Below, piece by piece: positions 15,224 to 21,327 of a stretch of 21,327 nucleotides of DNA (position 1 is its first letter; every line of letters starts with the position of its first letter). Source of the stretch: Candidatus Firestoneibacteriota bacterium (GTDB lineage Bacteria; Oederibacteriota; D2-FULL-39-29; JBDRBU01); NCBI GenBank assembly GCA_043822305.1, contig JBDRBU010000121.1:1-21327 (forward strand). The letters run 5' to 3'. The notes beneath the pieces were generated by a model that saw nothing but the letters and a program-made list of their open reading frames with translations, was not told where the DNA came from and did no database searches. A program made the position numbers and the translations under genes.

Positions 15224-15580
15224 ATGATAAACGAATATCTTTCTGTGTTTATTTTTTTAATATTAGCCTTGGGTTTCACGATAGGTGGACTAGCATTTTC
15301 ATTTTTAGTAAGAGATTCAAATCCATCTAATAAAAAGTCAAGCACATATGAATGTGGAGAAGAGCCTATAGGAACTGCCTGGATTCAGTTTAATATGAGA
15401 TATTACCTGTTTGCACTTGTTTTTGTTATATTTGATGTTGAGGTTATATTTTTATACCCTTGGGCTATAGTTTTTAAAGAAACAGGACTTCTTGCATTTT
15501 TTGAAATGATTGTATTTCTGGGAGTTTTAATTATAGGACTTGTTTATGTGTGGAAAAAAGATGCTCTTAAATGGGAGTAA
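15224..15580 (+). CDS. nuoA: NADH-quinone oxidoreductase subunit A
   Basis: Three TM helices, K..TYECG, YYLFALVFVIFDVE..FLYPWA, GL.YVWKK.AL.W. Confidence 0.95.
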   Translation: MINEYLSVFIFLILALGFTIGGLAFSFLVRDSNPSNKKSSTYECGEEPIGTAWIQFNMRYYLFALVFVIFDVEVIFLYPWAIVFKETGLLAFFEMIVFLGVLIIGLVYVWKKDALKWE

Positions 15581-15582
15581 TT

Positions 15583-15774
15583 ATGATAAAGTTAAAGAAG
15601 ATAACCGGTGAAGAAATATTAGTTAATCTTGATCTAATAGAGACAATTGAACGACATTCCGATACAGTCATTTCTCTAACAACAGGAAATAAACTCCTGG
15701 TAAAAGATTCTTTAGATGAAATTACTAATAAAATAGTTGAATATAAACGTTCGATAAAGAGTCAAAATGCCTAA
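15583..15774 (+). CDS. flbD: FlbD/SwrD-family protein
   Basis: GGGAG RBS before ATG 15583; MI.L....G....N.DLIETIE...DTVI.LT.G.K..VK.S..EI...IVEYKR. Confidence 0.8.
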   Translation: MIKLKKITGEEILVNLDLIETIERHSDTVISLTTGNKLLVKDSLDEITNKIVEYKRSIKSQNA

Positions 15775-16351
15775 TCAAATTTCACTTCTAAAATCAAAAT
15801 TACGCAATGAAATCGAGAAAAAAAGGAATTTGCTTTCGCAAAAAGAAATAATAAAAAACAGTGCAATAATAAAAAAAAGATTGTTTGCAACTAATGAATT
15901 TAAACTTGCAAAAAATATTATGTTTTATGTTTCATTTAGAAGTGAAGTTGTAACTTACGATATGATAAAAGAATCTTTACAAAAAGGCAAAAGGATATTT
16001 GTTCCAATCACTAAATTAGAAGAAAAAAAACTTATAATATCCGAAATAAAAGATTTCGATAAAGAATTAGAGGTATCAACATATAGAATATTAGAGCCAA
16101 AAATTAAGTTTCAAAGAGTTTGTGATGCTAATTTATTAGATCTAATTATAGTTCCAGGTGTTGCTTTTGATTTGAAAGGCAATCGTTTAGGATATGGTGG
16201 AGGGTATTATGATAAATTCTTAAAGAATATGCCTTCTAATATTCCCAGAATCGGCTTATGTTTTAAGTGTCAAATTATAAAAGAAATCCCGGTAGATATA
16301 CAAGACGAAAGAATTAATATACTTATAACCGAAAAAGGCAAAATCAAATGA
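15767..16351 (+). CDS. 5-formyltetrahydrofolate cyclo-ligase
   Basis: K..LR, FYVSFRSEV.T, ILEP, DLIIVPGVAFD..GNRLGYGGGYYD. Confidence 0.95.
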   Translation: MPNQISLLKSKLRNEIEKKRNLLSQKEIIKNSAIIKKRLFATNEFKLAKNIMFYVSFRSEVVTYDMIKESLQKGKRIFVPITKLEEKKLIISEIKDFDKELEVSTYRILEPKIKFQRVCDANLLDLIIVPGVAFDLKGNRLGYGGGYYDKFLKNMPSNIPRIGLCFKCQIIKEIPVDIQDERINILITEKGKIK

Positions 16352-17643
16352 AGAACATATTTATTCTTTTTTCTCTTGTTTTTTTATTAGTGATAAAAGT
16401 AAATGGAGATACTTCTTTGGATGTTATTTCTATTAGTAAAATAAAACTAATAATTGAAGAGAAAGAATATGTGTGGGATGAAAAAGATAAAATTCCAGAA
16501 AAAGGAGAAGAAGATATTACATCTCCTTTTACTATAATTTCATTTTTAAATATTTTTCCCGGTCAAAAAATATCTTTATTAGAATTAGAAAAAGAAGTAA
16601 AAACTGCGAAAAATAGACTTATAAACTCTGGTTTCTTCTATAAGGTGAATGTAGTTATAATACCACCCAGGGAAAAATTAGATTACCGCACAATTTTGAT
16701 AAAAACAAAAGAAGGATTTCTTTACCGTTTTGGTGGAGGGAAGATATATGGAATGTTCGGGATGGATAATCTTGATGGGAAAAGAAAATCTTTTAAAGTT
16801 TTTCTGGGTACAAACCCAACTGGTATAGAATTCATAGATGAATCATTTTTAGAAAGTCATTTTCTTATGGGGGCAAAAGCACATTGTTTTAATATTTTTG
16901 ATTCCCCTGTGGCGAACTATCAGTTATTTAAAGCATCTTTTTTAAGTGGATATTTTATTCATTCAGATATATTTTTAGGTCTTGATTTCTTTTTAAAATG
17001 TATGAAGATTTTAGAGATTAGTTCTAATATTACTCCGGAATTTCTTGGAGGATTAGAAAGAAACGATATTGTTATAAGTCCAAATTTTTCTTTTAAATCA
17101 TATGAGGAAACTTCTTTGGCGCAATTTGAGTTTAATATAAACGGAAGGGTTAATTTCATTCTTCCATTAAAAGAAAGTGAGAGTAAGATTTCATACATAG
17201 TTAGAGGAGCAGCCAAGATGAAATTTTCAGAAGAACATTCTGTCAATCTTCAGGTTTCTACAGGAGGAGCAAACGAAACTTTACCTTATATGGAAAAGTT
17301 TAATCTTTACGATACCCAGGACATCTCTATTAGAGGTGGGTATAATGCTTTAGATTTATTGGTAGATAGATTCTTGTTAATTAATACGGAGTGGCGATTC
17401 TGTCTTGCTAAATTTTTTGTTCCCCCATTTTTCAATACACGAATAGAAGGATTTATATATTTAGATAATGGTTGGATAGGAAAGATTGGTGAAGAGAAAT
17501 ATCTTACAAATTATTATGATGGATATGGACCCGGCATAAGGTTATTATTTGATAATCCAGTGTTTGCTTATTTTTCTTTTTCATATGGTACGAATCTAAG
17601 CGGCCAAACACGGTTCATTTTCACAGGAACAGCAGGATTTTAA
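16348..17643 (+). CDS. Omp85/BamA-TamA-like outer-membrane beta-barrel protein with a POTRA-like segment
   Basis: Signal peptide; RL.NSGFF..V...I..KEG POTRA-like end, NL.G, IRGGY, E.RF, F..D.G, G.GIR; C-terminal Phe. Confidence 0.7.
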   Translation: MKNIFILFSLVFLLVIKVNGDTSLDVISISKIKLIIEEKEYVWDEKDKIPEKGEEDITSPFTIISFLNIFPGQKISLLELEKEVKTAKNRLINSGFFYKVNVVIIPPREKLDYRTILIKTKEGFLYRFGGGKIYGMFGMDNLDGKRKSFKVFLGTNPTGIEFIDESFLESHFLMGAKAHCFNIFDSPVANYQLFKASFLSGYFIHSDIFLGLDFFLKCMKILEISSNITPEFLGGLERNDIVISPNFSFKSYEETSLAQFEFNINGRVNFILPLKESESKISYIVRGAAKMKFSEEHSVNLQVSTGGANETLPYMEKFNLYDTQDISIRGGYNALDLLVDRFLLINTEWRFCLAKFFVPPFFNTRIEGFIYLDNGWIGKIGEEKYLTNYYDGYGPGIRLLFDNPVFAYFSFSYGTNLSGQTRFIFTGTAGF

Positions 17644-17677
17644 AATTTCGTTAAGACGAACAGATTAGGAGGTTAAT

Positions 17678-18364
17678 ATGTTTAATAAAATATTCCTTGT
17701 CGTGTGTGTTTTTATCAGCACAGTATACGGGGAGACTCTTTTAGAAAGGGTACAAAATGAGTTTGATGAAAAAGAAGCACAGAATTTGATAAAGGAAGTT
17801 AAGACAAATTTGACGGATAAAGACAAAGATCTTTATTTGGGAATTATCTATCACAATTTAGCCATAAAAAGTCCAGAGAAATATGTTAAAGAGGCAATTC
17901 AATATCTTGAAAAGGAATGTAAAGAAACAAAAAATGTTTTAGCCCGTGGGTATTATGGAAGTGCGATTACTATTGAAGGTGGATTATGCGAAAAAAAGAA
18001 GGATATTCTAACTGCTTCAACAAAAGTAGAAGAGGGACTTACATTGATTGATGATGCGATAAAAGTTGAATCGACTAATGTTAATTTAAGGTTTTTAAGA
18101 TTAAATAATGCTATTGCTGTAAGTTTGTCTTCCCCTTTTAAACGATATAATATTGCCAGAGAGGATTTGAAATTTTTAAAAGAAAAATATGATAGTTTTA
18201 GTTCGGAAATAAAAGCATTTTACCATTTTTGTTTTGCACAGGTATCATTTGGAGAAGATAAAGTTGAAGAATCTATTTTTCATTTTGAAAAAGCGGTCTC
18301 TGTATCTCCGAACTCTATTTATGCTAAAAAGGCAAAAGAATATTTAAAACAATTAGAGGAGTAG
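17678..18364 (+). CDS. Exported TPR-like protein
   Basis: AGGAGG RBS, signal peptide, helical repeats (YLG.IY, A..YLEK, G...ID.AI, FEKAV.VSP.S). Confidence 0.7.
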   Translation: MFNKIFLVVCVFISTVYGETLLERVQNEFDEKEAQNLIKEVKTNLTDKDKDLYLGIIYHNLAIKSPEKYVKEAIQYLEKECKETKNVLARGYYGSAITIEGGLCEKKKDILTASTKVEEGLTLIDDAIKVESTNVNLRFLRLNNAIAVSLSSPFKRYNIAREDLKFLKEKYDSFSSEIKAFYHFCFAQVSFGEDKVEESIFHFEKAVSVSPNSIYAKKAKEYLKQLEE

Positions 18365-18365
18365 A

Positions 18366-19607
18366 ATGAAAAAAGGATTTTCATTACTAACAAGCATAAT
18401 TCTTACATCATTCATTGGATGTAATATTTATTTTTTTGTTGTACTTAGAACAACCGGATTAGAAGAAGTAGCCGGATGGATTATGTTTGTATTTTTTCTC
18501 TGGCTTTATTTTATGATTCTTCATACAGGAAATGTATCAAAGTATCGCAGGATGCTTCTTGTTGCTTCTGCTATTCTTTTTGTGCCTTCTTTTGTTGCTC
18601 TTATTTATGAAGAGGGAAGGACTATGGGTTTAACTTATATCGAAATTTTAAAAACTGAAGTTCCATTCTGTCATATTGTTATACCAGTGATTATTCTGCC
18701 ATATATACTGTTTAAAATTATTATTTTTCCTGCAAGACTTACCGGTCATTTTGCTTCTCTTTATTCAATGCTTGGCATCTGGCTAATGGCTACACTTGTT
18801 ATTGGAAGAGGATGGTGTAGCTGGATATGTTTTTTTGGGGGATGGGACGATGGAATTTCCCGTCTTTCTAAAAAACCTGTTTTAAAAATAGATTCCAAAA
18901 ATAATAAAGTCCGTTTTTTCAACTTTGCTATTTTAATATTTGTTGTATTTGCTTCTTTATACACTTTAACTCCGGTGTATTGTACTTGGCTTTGTCCTTT
19001 TAAACTTATTACTGAATATGAACAGCCTGTCAATCTATCTACTTATATTGCCATGATTATCTTTGTTTTAACATTCTTTGGGCTTGTAGTTGTTCTTCCT
19101 TATTTAACCCGTAAGAGGTTTCAATGTATGTCTTTTTGTCCTTTTGGAGCATTTCAATCATTAATGGGTTTTTTTAGTTTTTATCGTTTACGAATAAATA
19201 CTGAAAAATGTACTCAATGCTTACGATGTGTCTCAGAATGTCCTACTATGTCATTAACAGAGGATATTATAAAAGAAAAAAAAGGCAAGCCTTCAATTAC
19301 CTGTACAAAATGTGGAGAATGTATAGGAGTTTGTTTAAATGGCGCCGCTAATTATGAGTTTGCCATATGTAAAACTCCGAAAGAAAAGTTCTGGATAAAA
19401 TGGTTAAACAAAATTTCCTTAAAAGATGGATTATTTAATAAGATTCTAATGAAAGTAATTATTGCTTTTGATGAGATTCTTTCTCCATATGCGCTTTTAA
19501 CTTTTAGTGCATTTACATTTGGAATGGTTATTTGTTCTGGTTTTGGTACAGGAACTATCCATCGGTTATTAAATCTGATTTTAAAGGGCTCGTTTTTACT
19601 AAAATAG
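18366..19607 (+). CDS. Membrane polyferredoxin, NapH/MauN-like 4Fe-4S protein
   Basis: Multiple TM helices; GRGWCSWIC, YCTWLCP, RFQCMSFCPFG, CxxCxxCxxxCP and CxxCxxCxxxC. Confidence 0.85.
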   Translation: MKKGFSLLTSIILTSFIGCNIYFFVVLRTTGLEEVAGWIMFVFFLWLYFMILHTGNVSKYRRMLLVASAILFVPSFVALIYEEGRTMGLTYIEILKTEVPFCHIVIPVIILPYILFKIIIFPARLTGHFASLYSMLGIWLMATLVIGRGWCSWICFFGGWDDGISRLSKKPVLKIDSKNNKVRFFNFAILIFVVFASLYTLTPVYCTWLCPFKLITEYEQPVNLSTYIAMIIFVLTFFGLVVVLPYLTRKRFQCMSFCPFGAFQSLMGFFSFYRLRINTEKCTQCLRCVSECPTMSLTEDIIKEKKGKPSITCTKCGECIGVCLNGAANYEFAICKTPKEKFWIKWLNKISLKDGLFNKILMKVIIAFDEILSPYALLTFSAFTFGMVICSGFGTGTIHRLLNLILKGSFLLK

Positions 19608-19612
19608 GTGAA

Positions 19613-21172
19613 ATGATGAAAAGTGTCCGATATCTATTTACAGCTATATCTTTAGTTGTTGTTGCTTTTCTTATTCCCATGACATTTATTTTTTCTAACT
19701 TAATTACAGGAGGATTAGATAAAGTCCTTCATCTTAAAATTAATCCAAATTTTAGTGGAGGAGATATAATATCATCTTTTATGGATGAAATAGGAGATGA
19801 TTATGGTGAAGGAGGGCTAACATATCCAATGCATCCGGATTTCAAAGGAAAAGGATATCTGGATATTATTAGATACAATGTTTATAAGCCAGTTATAAAT
19901 GCTCCGTGGTCAGAAGATAAAGATTTTTGGCAGTTAAGTTTTACTTTGGCCAATATGGGTGCCTTTGAAACAGTCCATAATTTTTCTCATCCAGTGATAC
20001 ATGTTTATATTGATTTAGATGGCAAAAAAGGAGGTTCTACTGAAACTCTCAATCCCATGTCAGAACTTGTAAGGTTTGATGAAGAACATCCCTGGGATTT
20101 TATGGTTCATATTGATGGCTACCATAAGTTCGGTAAATTAGTTTCGTTTGATAAAACCATTGAAGAGAAAGTAAGAGTTTATTCTATTCCGGAAAGGAAA
20201 ACAATCTATGCCAGGATTTTGCTTAACAATGAAAGAATAAAAAAAGTTTTAGGTGCGGGGTTTACCCACGCACCACCAGAGGGTGCGGGGTTTACTTACC
20301 ACTATGTTTTTGTTGGATGTTATGATTCATATTCTATGGGAAATTTCATGCCAGTAAAGTATAAATCTGGACTTAGAAATGGTGGAGGAGCAAAATCTTC
20401 TTTAACTCCAAAAGTGTACGATTATATTCCGCCGGAAGGAATGAACCAGAAGGAAATTCTTTCATCATACAATGAAGAAAAACATCTTTATGCAAAGGTT
20501 TATCCATTGGTCGTAGGAAAAAGTTGTATAAAAAAAGAATCTTTAATAAATATTGAAGAATATAAAAAATTATCTCAAAAGGAAATAGAGTGTGAACAAG
20601 CATCTGCCTTAAAAGAATTGGATAAAACAAAATCTTCCAATAAAGAAAAAGTAGCAGAAGTTTATTTTAGGGCTGGAAGATATGATGAAGCAGAGAAAAT
20701 CTTTAATAGTCTTCTCGCAGAAAATCCAGAAAATGTACCGGCTAATGCTTACAAGGGTTCTCTGGTGGCTATGAAAGCAAAAAGTTCAACGACCATACAA
20801 GCAATTAAGTATGTAAAAGAAGCATATAATTATTTAGATAAAGCAGTGAAATTTGCAAAAAAGAATGATGAATTAATTACAGCATTTATTAACAGGGGCT
20901 CTGTCTCTATGAATATTCCCGAGATGGTTTTTCAGAAGTCTAAAGAAGGGGCATCTGATTTTTTAAATGCAGTAACCCTTTTAGAACAGATTGGCTGGAA
21001 GGACCAAAAATTAATAGTTGATTGCTACTTAAATGTAGCCATATGTTATGAAAATGCAAATATGATAGAATCAGCAGAGATTTATTTTATGAAAGTTAAG
21101 AGTTTTCCCGATATTTCTGCTAAGGCAAGATATGAATTAGCAAAAAGAGGTTATCTTTATATCCAAAAATAG
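19613..21172 (+). CDS. Membrane-anchored glucodextranase DOMON-like domain + TPR protein
   Basis: AGGTG RBS before ATG 19613 (ORF track starts at 19532); N-terminal TM; D..GDD.G.G..TYP, LDI, FS...I.VYID, HPWDF, VG.YD, P.VYD...P...Q..IL; C-terminal TPRs. Confidence 0.75.
   Translation: MMKSVRYLFTAISLVVVAFLIPMTFIFSNLITGGLDKVLHLKINPNFSGGDIISSFMDEIGDDYGEGGLTYPMHPDFKGKGYLDIIRYNVYKPVINAPWSEDKDFWQLSFTLANMGAFETVHNFSHPVIHVYIDLDGKKGGSTETLNPMSELVRFDEEHPWDFMVHIDGYHKFGKLVSFDKTIEEKVRVYSIPERKTIYARILLNNERIKKVLGAGFTHAPPEGAGFTYHYVFVGCYDSYSMGNFMPVKYKSGLRNGGGAKSSLTPKVYDYIPPEGMNQKEILSSYNEEKHLYAKVYPLVVGKSCIKKESLINIEEYKKLSQKEIECEQASALKELDKTKSSNKEKVAEVYFRAGRYDEAEKIFNSLLAENPENVPANAYKGSLVAMKAKSSTTIQAIKYVKEAYNYLDKAVKFAKKNDELITAFINRGSVSMNIPEMVFQKSKEGASDFLNAVTLLEQIGWKDQKLIVDCYLNVAICYENANMIESAEIYFMKVKSFPDISAKARYELAKRGYLYIQK
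20252..20295 (+). repeat. In-frame 30-bp palindromic unit bounded by a 14-bp direct repeat
   Basis: GGTGCGGGGTTTAC at 20252-20265 and 20282-20295; hairpin CGCACC..GGTGCG; encodes GAGFT-HAPPE-GAGFT. Confidence 0.75.
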
Positions 21173-21190
21173 AAAAATTCAAAGGAACTT

Positions 21191-21254
21191 GTTGCCTCAC
21201 ATAAGAATCGATACGAAATAAGGTATCGTTGCCTCATATAAAATCTATATGAAA
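21191..21254 (+). repeat. Imperfect direct repeat pair in intergenic DNA
   Basis: GTTGCCTCACATAAGAATCGATACGAAA (21191-21218) and GTTGCCTCATATAAAATCTATATGAAA (21228-21254). Confidence 0.6.
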
Positions 21255-21327
21255 CTTTTATTGGATTTAATAAAAATAGGTGAAAAAGTGAAACCCCCAT
21301 CTTTACCACTAAAACACTATCAAGTTT

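Noticed and set aside
21191..21255. GTT...GAAA(C) pair as a mini CRISPR array
   Set aside because: Only two imperfect copies separated by 9 bp, far too short for a spacer.
21288..21327. Possible gene start (AGGTG RBS, GTG) running off the window end
   Set aside because: Only 13 codons are visible, so it cannot be assigned.

Overview
AT-rich bacterial chromosomal window, probably from an anaerobic diderm (it has an Omp85-like and a CsgG-like gene), with all credible genes on the + strand. (1) 1-4700 is a decayed accessory mosaic. It holds a DUF559-like remnant between REP-like palindromes, a DegP/HtrA 5' fragment butted onto the 3' half of a type IIG R-M gene, and a PD-(D/E)XK-like ORF. Further along are an intact BrnT/BrnA toxin-antitoxin pair, ThiF and wHTH fragments, a wHTH + truncated nucleotidyltransferase pair, and an 84-bp direct repeat. 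(2) 4700-9715 encodes two lipoproteins, FtsK with an atypical gamma domain, and a Gfo/Idh/MocA oxidoreductase. (3) 9720-16351 is an unusual methylene-THF reductase locus: a MetV-RnfC fusion, an inserted HinP1I-like endonuclease + beta-class amino-methyltransferase, a second metV, metF, an orphan nuoA, flbD and 5-formyl-THF cyclo-ligase. Six copies of a 60-bp structured repeat with compensatory base changes punctuate this locus and supply stop codons and ribosome-binding sites to neighbouring genes. (4) 16348-21172 is an uncharacterised envelope module: Omp85-like, TPR, NapH-like polyferredoxin and glucodextranase DOMON-like-TPR. A short palindromic element appears inserted in frame in two unrelated CDSs. 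All family assignments come from motif recognition by eye, not from database searches.
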